A stretch of DNA of 63,504 nt, filler included, from Octopus bimaculoides (Eukaryota): assembly GCF_001194135.2 (NCBI RefSeq). It is 4 parts of 4 records of this genome, joined end to end, with 100 filler letters (N's around TTAATTAATTAA, not from the genome) between each part and the next. Parts side by side here need not be neighbours in the genome. Positions count along the whole stretch, not along the records: positions 21,234 to 39,567 come from NC_068996.1; positions 39,668 to 47,406 come from NC_068991.1; positions 47,507 to 63,504 come from NC_068984.1; 1 more part is not named here. The stretch is one strand, 5' to 3'. The position numbers and the translations under genes were made by a program. Below, in pieces: positions 37,743 through 48,624 of this stretch (within the stretch, counting starts at the first letter, position 1; each line of letters starts with the position of its first letter). Under the pieces are notes generated by a model, which did no database searches, was not told where the DNA came from, and saw nothing but the letters and a program-made list of their open reading frames with translations.

Positions 37743-38184
37743 AAGTATCTGACCCCCCAAAAAAGAGCCTTAATTTACCGAGACAAATTAGAAAATTTTA
37801 GAACAAAAATCGGCATGTCCATTACGAGAGAAGGAATTAACTTTGTTAACGTTAGAAGTTAAATAAATAGGCCATACTAACTTATTTATTTATTTTTGTA
37901 AAAAAAAAAAAAAACATACGTTTTTCTTTGAGTTTTTTCTTTCTCACTCGTTTCAGTATTGAGACTACGGCCATGCTGGGGCACCACTTCATAAACGAAG
38001 TAGAAACATTTCCCTTATAACAACCTTGGTTCCAAAATAAGGAACCTTGAACCCGTAGTTCTTGGTTGTGTAATAAGTAGTTTGCTTTTTAACCACATGG
38101 TTCTGGGCTCAGTCCCACTTTGTGGTATCTTGGGCAAATGTCTCTCACTATAGCTCCAGTTCACCAAAACCTTGTGAGTGGATT

Positions 38185-38760
38185 TTAGGAGTTCATCAAG
38201 GTTCAGTGCTCAGTCCTCTCATATTCATTATAGTCCTCACATGCCATCACTGAAGAGTTTAAGATTGGCTGTCCATGGGAACACCTATCTAGACCTCATA
38301 GCTGAATCTATAAGGGAATTAGAGATGAAATTCCAAGCATGGAAGCTAAACCGTGAATTGAGGGGCCTTGAGGTAAACCAGTCAAGGACTAAGGTTTTAA
38401 TATGTAGTAAAGGACCCTGTTACCTTCAGGGAAATGGCCTTGCTCAATATGTAGAAAAGGAAGGGCATCCAGCTGTAGAAACCCTGCCAGATCAGATTGG
38501 AGCCTGGTGCAGCCATCTGGTTCACCAGTCTTCAGACAAATCGTCCAACCCATGCTAGCATGGAAAGCAGACGTTAAACGATTATGATGATGGGTGGGTA
38601 CAAACTCCATAAGCTGCACTTCGTTTAAGCTAATAATACCCAAAAGATGTAGTGGGACCACTAGCAGACTATCTGAGAATGTAAGCTTTATTTACAACAG
38701 ATGCACTGGAGCAGTATGTACGAGTGCAATTGAAATTGGGTTTCTTGTTATCAGCAATGG
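38185..38760 (+). pseudogene. RTE LINE fragment with a nested family B 3' end (38459-38590)
   Basis: GVHQGSVLSPLIFII, EEFKIGCPWE, NSISCTSFKL; colinear with 29375-30800, with the YADD region deleted. Confidence 0.85.
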
Positions 38761-38763
38761 TAG

Positions 38764-39072
38764 CACTAGCATAGCTTGGGGAGGGGGGCACTTTTAATGG
38801 GGAACCACTTTTGGGTCAGCTGTAGGCAATGTGTTTTTTGAGGGGTCCAGGGGTGGCAAACAGAAGAGCCACCCCAGGCAGCACACACTCTAGCTACTAT
38901 CACTGTTGACCACTAGCATAGCTAAGGTGGGAGGGGGGGCTGTCCTCCCCAGGTGGCACTTTTAAAGGGACACCACTTTGGGTCTGCTATAGGTAACATG
39001 TGCGTTTGTGGAGTCCAGAAGCAGCAAACAGAAGAGCCACCCCAGGCAGCATAGACACTGGCTATGCTAGTA
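38764..39072. mobile_element. Two tandem copies of the hAT-like MITE seen at 1877-2009
   Basis: cactagcatagct...cacttttgggtc.gct.taggcaat...ctagcta in both copies (38764-38905, 38911-39072). Confidence 0.75.
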
Positions 39073-39191
39073 CTGCTGACTACAAAGGTCTTTTCCATAA
39101 GAATAAAGGGCAGATTGTGTGTTAGAACTGCAATGTTGCATAGTAGTTAGACATGGGCTTTGAGTGCAAAGGACTTGAGAAGACTAAAAAG

Positions 39192-39505
39192 AAATGAACA
39201 GGAGTGGCTATAGGTGTAGTAGTGGCTGTGTGGTAAGTAGCTTTCTTACCAACCACATGGTTCCAGGTTCAGTCCCACTGCGCAGCACCTTGAGCAAGTG
39301 TCTTCTACTAAAGCCTCGGGCTGACCAAAGCCTTGTGAGTGGATTTGATAGATGGAAACTGAAAGAAGCCCATCTTGTATATATATATATATATCAGATT
39401 GGAGCCTGGTGTAGCAATCCGGTTTCACCAGTCCTCAGTCAAATCGTCCAACCCATGGAAAGCGGACGTTAAATGATGACGATGATGATGACGACAACGA
39501 TGATA
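39192..39505 (+). mobile_element. SINE family A 5' half followed by a family B 3' end
   Basis: A head to (TA)n at ~39390, then cagattggagcctgg...ggacgttaaatgatgac. Confidence 0.8.
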
Positions 39506-39567
39506 TATATATATATAAATTGGAAACGTAAAAATAAAAACAAAACACAAAGGATCTGGCATACACA

Positions 39568-39667
39568 NNNNNNNNNNNNNNNNNNNNNNNNNNNNNNNNN
39601 NNNNNNNNNNNTTAATTAATTAANNNNNNNNNNNNNNNNNNNNNNNNNNNNNNNNNNNNNNNNNNNN
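39568..39667. other. Artificial scaffold join (44N-TTAATTAATTAA-44N)
   Basis: Identical to 21134-21233. Confidence 0.92.
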
Positions 39668-39699
<32 letters not shown>

Positions 39700-40739
39700 G
39701 TATAAATATACGTACACACATACATACATACATACATGCATACATGCATACATACATACATACATACATACATACATACACACGCACGCACACAAACAGA
39801 CACACACATATACATGTAATTTTATATGTATATCTGGGACTGAAGGCATATGCATATTTATCTATCTATTTATCTATCTATCTGTCTATCTATCTATTTA
39901 TCTATCCATCTATCTATCTGTATGTACATATATATGTATGTGTTTATTAGTAAGCAGTTGAGCGTGTGTCGATACATTTATGTATATATACATAAGCTGT
40001 ACATGCCAAATAGATAGCTCTCCAGGATCATATTCGTTGCACATTTTATGTAAATTCCATTGCTTATAATATATCATTGAAACACACGATCGCAATAATA
40101 TTCTCTTCTTTACTTTTATTTTTGATTCACCATATTCCCATCTTCGACCGCTATACACTCTGTACACGGCATGTAACTCGTCCTCTATTTAATGTACTTA
40201 TCCTGCCAGAAACAAATGTAGAAATGCATGGCTCTCTTTCCAGCATCTAATCAAATGTGAGAATCACATAAAAATAATTTCACATTTTTCCGTATTTTTC
40301 ATGTATTCTGTTAGATATGATTAAAAAATACCACGTATTTTAATCTACTCTTTATTATTGTCTGAACATCGAAAACGAGAAACCCGTTGTAACGATTTGT
40401 GAGCATTTCAGTTTCTTTCTCGTTAATCGTTTTTTTTTTTCATTTTACTTGTTTCAGTTATTGGACTGCGGCCATGCTAGGGGTACCACCTTGTACAGTT
40501 TAGTCGAGTAAATAGACCATAGTACTTATATTTTAAGTGTGGTTACTTATGCTATCGGTTCGTTTTGTTGGACCGCTACGCTACGGGGACATAAACACAC
40601 CAACACCCGTTGGCGTTCGGTGGCAGAGATTCAAAATCGACTTCAAAAATTATATATAAAATGGCGTCACATATTATATTTAGCATTGCACTCGTTTGTC
40701 CTCCTTTTTTATAGTTTCTTCGAGCGAAAATATACTTAC

Positions 40740-41081
40740 ATACACGTGTAAACACACGCAAACACACGCACGCACGCACGCGCACACAAACACACACACA
40801 CACACTTACACACTCACACACATATATAAACATATGTATGTATGAATACATGTGTGTTCGTATAGGTATGTCTATCTATGTAACTGTTTGTCTGTCTGTC
40901 CGTCCGTCTGTCTATCTCTGTATATATTTGCATACATTTATATATATAGACATATATATATGTCGCTCTCTCCCTCTCTCTCTCTATATATATGTGTGTG
41001 TATGTGTGTGTGTGTGTACTTATATAACTATACATACACACAAGGACACACAAGCACACACACACCACACACACACACACG

Positions 41082-41165
<84 letters not shown>

Positions 41166-41277
41166 ACACACTCGCTGAACCAAAAATGTCACGTTTGTGG
41201 TTTACACTTTTAAGTACAATCTCAATATTGATTAAATTATTGTTATATTTAGTTTCGTCTTTCACATAACATACTTC

Positions 41278-41327
<50 letters not shown>

Positions 41328-41548
41328 ACGATACGATATGATGTATGATGCATGTATACGTATGGTTGTATGTATGAACGTATGTGTGCATATGTTTGTT
41401 ACGATATAGGATATATATAGATTTATGTACGCTGCTACGCATGTATGTATATACATGTATATTTATTCCGATATATTTGTGTGTATGTATTCATGCATAA
41501 ACTCTGTGTATATATGCACTACACACACACACACACACACACATACAC

Positions 41549-41591
<43 letters not shown>

Positions 41592-41866
41592 CACACACGT
41601 GCGTGCAGCCGGAACCACTTTAAATGTTTAAAAGTGTGTACGTGTTTGTGTGTGTATACGCATATATATATATATATAACAATGTGTGTGTGTGTGTATG
41701 TATGTATATCTATATATAGAGAGAAATTGATAAATATATGTATATATATCTATAATAATGTATATATGTACATGAACATATGTGTATGTATAAATGTATA
41801 TAAGATAATATTATATATATATTTATAATATTATATATATATATATACGTATATACATATATTTAA

Positions 41867-41897
<31 letters not shown>

Positions 41898-42010
41898 NNN
41901 NNNNNNNNNNNNNNNNNNNNNNNNNNNNNNNNNNNNNNNNNNNNNNNNNNNNNNNNNNNNNNNNNNNNNNNNNNNNNNNNNNNNNNNNNNNNNNNNNNNN
42001 NNNNNNNNNN

Positions 42011-42068
<58 letters not shown>

Positions 42069-42070
42069 TT
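40740..42070. repeat. Large compound microsatellite field ((CA)n, (TA)n, (GA)n)
   Basis: Directly visible; includes a pure (CA)n of roughly 80 bp inside a longer CA-rich tract at ~41035-41165. Confidence 0.9.
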
Positions 42071-42635
42071 GGTTGAATGCGGCAGGGGTGATTGAGAAAG
42101 TGAAAGCAAGATATGCAAAATGTACATTTATAAATCATATGAAATATTGTGCTTTCCGTTTTCAGCAATTCTGATTTTCCTTCCTCAGCGTTTATTGCCT
42201 TTTTCCCTTTTCTCATTTCTCACTCACTTTCAACTGTTTTCCTTTCTCTCTCTCTTTCCGTTCCTGTCTCTCTTTCTCTTTTCTTTCTTTCTTTTTCTTT
42301 CTTCATTCCTTTCTTTCTTTGTTTGTTTTGTTCCTATCTCTCTATTTCCTTTTCAACGGTTTATCGACGTCCCATTTTTGTCATTGGACTGCGACAATGC
42401 TGGAGCAATGCTTTCAAGGGTTATGGTCGAACAAATCGACCCCAGGACTTCTATAGTTTTAAGGGTTCTCTACCTTTTCTACCGGTTCTTCTTGCCGAAC
42501 CATTAAGTTACAATGACGTAAACATCCCAACACCGGTTGGCAAGTGGGTGCGAGGGGAACAAATACAATTGCAAACGCACACACACAGACATATATATCT
42601 ACACACACACACGCACACACACCACACCACACTCA

Positions 42636-42686
<51 letters not shown>

Positions 42687-43109
42687 NNNNNNNNNNNNNN
42701 NNNNNNNNNNNNNNNNNNNNNNNNNNNNNNNNNNNNNNNNNNNNNNNNNNNNNNNNNNNNNNNNNNNNNNNNNNNNNNNNNNNNNNNNNNNNNNNNNNNN
42801 NNNNNNNNNNNNNNNNNNNNNNNNNNNNNNNNNNNNNNNNNNNNNNNNNNNNNNNNNNNNNNNNNNNNNNNNNNNNNNNNNNNNNNNNNNNNNNNNNNNN
42901 NNNNNNNNNNNNNNNNNNNNNNNNNNNNNNNNNNNNNNNNNNNNNNNNNNNNNNNNNNNNNNNNNNNNNNNNNNNNNNNNNNNNNNNNNNNNNNNNNNNN
43001 NNNNNNNNNNNNNNNNNNNNNNNNNNNNNNNNNNNNNNNNNNNNNNNNNNNNNNNNNNNNNNNNNNNNNNNNNTGTATGTATGTATATACTGATATAGGC
43101 GATCGCTTT

Positions 43110-43500
43110 TAGGCGCAGGAGTAGCTGTTTGGTAAGAAGTTTGCTTCCCAACCACATGGATTCGAGTTCAGTTCTATTGCGTGTCACCTTGGGCAAGTGT
43201 CATCTGCTATAGACTCGGCCTAACCAAAGCCTTGTGAGTGGATTTGGTAGACGGAAACTGAAAGAAGCTCGTCTTATGTGCATATATGTGTGTGTGTTCG
43301 TATGTTTACCCCCCCCCCCCCACTACCGCTTGACATTGATGTTAATGCGTTTACGACCCCGTAAATTAACAGTTCGACATAAAAGACCGATAGAATAAGT
43401 ACTAGGCTTAGGAAGAATAAGTCCTGGGATCGATTTGTTCGACTAAAGCGGTATTCCGGTATGGCCGCAGTCAAAGGACTGGAACAAGTAAAAGAGTAAA
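43110..43500 (+). mobile_element. SINE family A, full length, CpG-retaining
   Basis: Complete head, body and tail. Confidence 0.85.
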
Positions 43501-43862
43501 ATGAGCGTATATATATATAGACATATATGATAGGTTTCCACACAGTTTCCGCTTATCAGATTCTCTCAAAAGTCATTGGCCGGGCCGGGGTTCCTGTTGA
43601 AAAAAACTGCCCAAGGTACCACACAGTGGCACTGAACCTAAACCACGTCATTGCAAATTGCGCTTGTTAACCGCAGAGCCAAGCCTTCCAACAGCTTTTA
43701 ACGTTCAACATTCAAAATAACCGTGGGATAAATCTGGTGTATTGTAATACATGCAAAAACAGATTTGATTTGGATTTGTTAATGTTGCTCACGACGCCGC
43801 TGTTCTTTGTTATTGTTGATGTTGTTGTCAATGTTGCGGTTGAGGATGATGTCATTATACAA

Positions 43863-44510
43863 AGGCAGCGAGCTGGCAGAAACGTTAGCACGCCGGGCGA
43901 AATGCTATGTTCTGTGTTCAAATTCCGCCGAGGTCGACTTTGCCTTTCATCCTTTCGTGGTCGATTAAATAAGTACCAGTTACGCACTGGGGTCGATGTA
44001 ATCGACTTAATCCCTTTGTCTGTCCTTGTTTGTCCCCTCTATGTTTAGCCCCTAGTAGGCAATAAAGAAATAAAAAAACGTTAGCACGCCGGGCGAAATG
44101 CTTAGCGGTATATTGTCTGCCTTTACGTTCTGAGTTCAAGTTGCGCCGAGGTCGACTTTGCCTTTCATCCTTTCGGGGTCGATAAATTAAGTACCAGTTG
44201 CGTACTGGGGATCGATCTAATCGACTGGCCTTGCCTCCTCCAAAATGTCTGGCCTTGTGCCTAGAGTAGGAAAGATTATACAAAGGTAGCGAGCTCGCAA
44301 AATCGTTAGCGCGTCGGACAAAAATGCTTTTAGGTGTTTCTTCCAGCTCTTTACATTCTAAGCTTAAATACCGACGAAGTCAACTTTGTCTTTCATTCTT
44401 TTGATGGCCGGTAAAATAAATACCAGTAGAACACTGCGGACGATATAATCAAAATCTCATCCCCCACCCCTCAAAATTGCTGGCTTTGTTCCAAAAACGG
44501 AAAGGATTAT
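43863..44510 (+). mobile_element. Three tandem SINE family C copies
   Basis: gcgagctggcagaaacgttagcacgccgggcgaaatg... at 43863, 44076 and 44283; B-box-like GTTCAAATTCC. Confidence 0.9.
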
Positions 44511-44904
44511 ACAATTGTTGGCATGCTATTTATTTTCCTGGTGTTGTATCAGCAAAATATTTTCGTTGTGTTTATCTAAAACAGTCATGAATTAATCTGA
44601 ATATTAACATGGTACCCATTGACTTTTTTTGTCCTTCATTTTCTCTTTCATTTTATTTATTCGTTTATTTACACAATTAGCAGTAGGTCTGTGTTCTGAA
44701 TAAGTTCGATAAAGTGGCGCTTAAGACATACCACTGACCTGCACGTGTTGCTGCAGGTCAAAATAGGGTGGTACCAATATATGTATATATATACATACCG
44801 TACATACATACATACATACATACATACAAACATACATATCTAGACATGCAACTATATACATGAGAATATATACATAAAACAAAACATATAAATGTGTACA
44901 TATA

Positions 44905-45212
44905 GGCACAGGAGTGGGTGTGTGGTAAGTAGCTTGCTTACCAACCACATGGTTCCGGGTTCAGTCCCACTGTGTGGCACCTTGGGCAAGNNNNNNNNNN
45001 GTGTTTGTGTATTTGTGTTTTCCCCCTAGCATTGCCTGACAACCGATGCTGGTGTGTTTATATCCCCGTCACTTAGCGGTTCGGCAAAAGAAAATGATAG
45101 AATAAGTACTATGCTTACAAAGAATAAGTCCCGGGGTCGATTTGCTCGACTAAAAGCGGTGCTCCAGCATGGTCGCAGTAAAATGACTGAAACAAGTAAA
45201 AGAGTAAAAGAG
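44905..45212 (+). mobile_element. SINE family A with an internal 10-N gap
   Basis: Close to consensus. Confidence 0.88.
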
Positions 45213-46883
45213 TAATATACATACAAATATACATACAAAAATACCATGGTGATGTTGAAATTCCATAGAGGGAGCCTTGGTTCTAGATTCGAAACCGGCG
45301 TTTTCTCTATTGGCAAGAAATCTTGAAATAAAACTGACTAACGACATACATACATACACACATCATGGATGCTCCTGCGGTAGATTATAGGTAAGGGTTT
45401 CGCAACTTCTGGCTGAATAATTATATACATAGATATTTTTTAGTTGATTCATATACGAACAACGATCCCATTGACCATTTGAGGTCAAAGATGGCGGTGA
45501 GAGTGGGGGTGACAATGAGATAATCAAGGGTTTTATAAAATCGATGAAAGGCAGCGCATCAAGAAGGAGTACACTCAGCGTTTGCAAAATGGCATATTTT
45601 CGCTGAATACATTTATGGTTCCCGAAGTCTGTTCGATAATTTAATAAACAGAAAACACTATGCAGAATGCCTGGTTCTTGGTATCAGGCATTGAGAAGGC
45701 ACGTACAGATGTAAAAGTGCATGTAACCCCGTTTATTATTGATTCATTCATCGCTGATCCGGGATAACACGGTACGCTTAGTTGTGAATCATTTTACGCT
45801 TATCACGCATTGATCAGTGATAACACGGGCTGGCGATCAGTCGGAGGCTCTGCTTCTACCGCAAAATCACGCCGCAGGGACCACTCACAATCCGCAGCTA
45901 CCCAAATTACAATGATTATCGCTTGAGTTTACATAACCGTATTGGGAGTCTGAGTGTTTTTTTTAAATACGGATTTACAGCAACATGGGACCAGTGAACA
46001 AAAAATATACGAACGCGCCTGATCTTAATAAACAATGCAGTCGTGTGTAGGCCTCGAGTATGGTGTCAAAGGATCTACCACTCATTCCATTCACATTCAC
46101 TGCTTTGTTTTGTGTTTTTCTATCAATTATAGTTTTACATTCATTTTATGAACTCCTTTTATTGAAACGACCTCTCCCGTGATGTAACCTGCTTGAAGTG
46201 ATTTCCTTTTTGTTCATCCTCAGCTTTATCAACTACAATCATTTTTAGACAATTCCGGAATATTTCATTTTTCGGTTTTGTGCTTAGCTGAGATGGAATC
46301 TCTTCCATCCACCTGCAGCATGCTTTTGGATTTCCAAGACACCAGACCAGCTCTCTTAAAGATAGCATAAAGAGACAGATTCTTCTTACACCAACTTGCT
46401 ACATATGGTAGGATATATAATTTTAAATAGCTTCCATACAAATATCTGAACGTATCTTAAAGAGTAATTCAAAGTACGATGGTCCAATTTTTCCTTGCTA
46501 AAGTTATTACTTGACAATAGCTCAAATGTCTATTTATTCATTAGGGTCTTCATCCTGACAAAATCAACGCTAAAGCTTCTTGCTGTAAAGTCATTTTGCA
46601 TGCTAATCTTTCTGATACAAATGGCGGCAAGTTATCAGCATAGAGAAGGTAGAAGCTCGTTTTCCCGGGCGTTGACAAGATCCTCCATCAAGATTGAGAA
46701 TTGAAGTTGGCTAATTATTGAACCTTGTCAGGTTCATGCATTGAAGAATGACGAATGGGAGGATTGATCCGAAAGGGTGACTTTTAATGGCTACATGCAA
46801 ACGCACGAACATATATACATGCATACATACATACATACATACATACATACATACTCATATATATCTATATATATATATATATG

Positions 46884-46930
<47 letters not shown>

Positions 46931-47406
46931 ATACACACGCAAATGCATACATAAACACAGACGTACGTACATATATGTGCAAAGATGACTATAAACAATG
47001 CATAGAAACATATATGCGCTTATACACATATATGTATGCACTCTAAATAAAAGCAATATATGCATGTATATGAATATATGCATATGAATATAAGTATAAC
47101 ATACATGCGTTTCTGTATGTGTGTGTGTGTATGTGTGCAAATGGGTGTGAATGTGTGTGTGTATGCAAATGTGCGTGTGTATATGTGTGTGTTAGCATAT
47201 GTGTGTCTTCAAGTGAAAACACACTTGTTTAAAGTTATACATTAGCTGCCTATATACATGCGTATATGCGTACGTATATATGTATATATTATGTATAATA
47301 TCTATCTATCTATCTATCTATCTATATACATATATATGTATATATATATATGTATATGTACATACATATATATGTACATACATACATACATACAAACATA
47401 CATACA

Positions 47407-47506
47407 NNNNNNNNNNNNNNNNNNNNNNNNNNNNNNNNNNNNNNNNNNNNTTAATTAATTAANNNNNNNNNNNNNNNNNNNNNNNNNNNNNNNNNNNNNN
47501 NNNNNN
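47407..47506. other. Artificial scaffold join (44N-TTAATTAATTAA-44N)
   Basis: Identical to 21134-21233. Confidence 0.92.
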
Positions 47507-47568
<62 letters not shown>

Positions 47569-47569
47569 T

Positions 47570-48259
47570 AAAGTCTATTTGCCGACGTAAAGTGGTAGTC
47601 CTGATTAGGACGGTGTTAATACCTTTTCTAGCCCCAGGAAAACATCTTTTCCAACTGGCTATCGACGCACAACTGCATGCTCATACCTTGAACAAGGGAG
47701 CTGATGTCTACACTCAGTCTTAAACGGTATCAGAAGACCAATGGTTTCTGGGTTACTATCGGCACAGGATAACCGTTGGCTAGAGATGGCAGCACTAGGC
47801 TTTACTCGAGGTATATACTTTTGAAATGAAACACGGACACTGATTTCGTAAGAAGAAAAACAATTGGCTTTAAATCGCTGAGCGAGAAATAAGTAGTTAC
47901 AGTACTACAGAATAAATTTATTTGCCAACGTAAAGTGGCAGTCCTGATTAGGACGATGTTACTACCTTTTTTAGCCCTAGGAAAATATCTTTCTTCAGTT
48001 GGCTATCGACACACAACTGCGTCCTTATATCTCTAAATAATCCAGAAACCATTGGTCCGCAGATACCGTTTAAGGCTGAGCAGGGACATTAGCTTCCTTG
48101 TTCGAGGTATAAGGACGCAATTGTGCGTCGATAGTCATCTGGAAAAGATGTTTTCCTGGGGCTAAAAAGCGGAGTAACATCGTCCTAATCAGGACTGGCA
48201 CTTTACGTTGGCAAATAGACTTTATTCTGTAATACTGTTACTACTTAATTCTCGCTTAG
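47570..48259. mobile_element. MITE with ~150-bp TIRs (47878-48259) plus an adjacent truncated inverted copy (47570-47790)
   Basis: ctgagcgagaaataagtag...gtccttata / tataaggac...ctacttaattctcgcttag; the internal ccagaaaccattggtc segment appears in both orientations. Confidence 0.82.
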
Positions 48260-48289
48260 AGATTCATAGAAGTTTCAAATGTATTCAGG

Positions 48290-48405
48290 CATAGATATGT
48301 GTGTGCATAGATGTGTGTGTGCATAGATGTGTGTGTGCATAGATGTGTGTGTGCATAGATGTGTGTGTGCATAGATATGTGTGTGCATAGATGTGTGTGT
48401 GTGTT
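48290..48405. repeat. 16-18 bp minisatellite GCATAGAT(GT)n, ~7 units
   Basis: Directly visible. Confidence 0.9.
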
Positions 48406-48491
48406 ATATAATAATATAAATAGTATATATATAATAATATAAATAGTATATATATAATAATATAAATAATATATATAATAAATAAATAAAT

Positions 48492-48556
<65 letters not shown>

Positions 48557-48586
48557 TATATATAATAAATGATATATATATAATAT

Positions 48587-48624
<38 letters not shown>

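Noticed and set aside
45487-45502. AAGATGGCG|GTGAGA as a YY1 motif or first exon of a plus-strand gene head-to-head with DFFB
   Set aside because: A single short motif with no downstream exons identified; similar AAATGGCG words occur at 40661, 46619 and 49763.
46159-46368. ORF ending ...QKGNHFKQV, possibly a mariner C-terminus or DFFB exon 1
   Set aside because: No CIDE-N KFGVA motif, and the transposase resemblance is too weak to annotate.
48290-48405. CRISPR-like array (also 25146-25281)
   Set aside because: Eukaryotic context, no unique spacers and no cas genes; these are plain tandem repeats.
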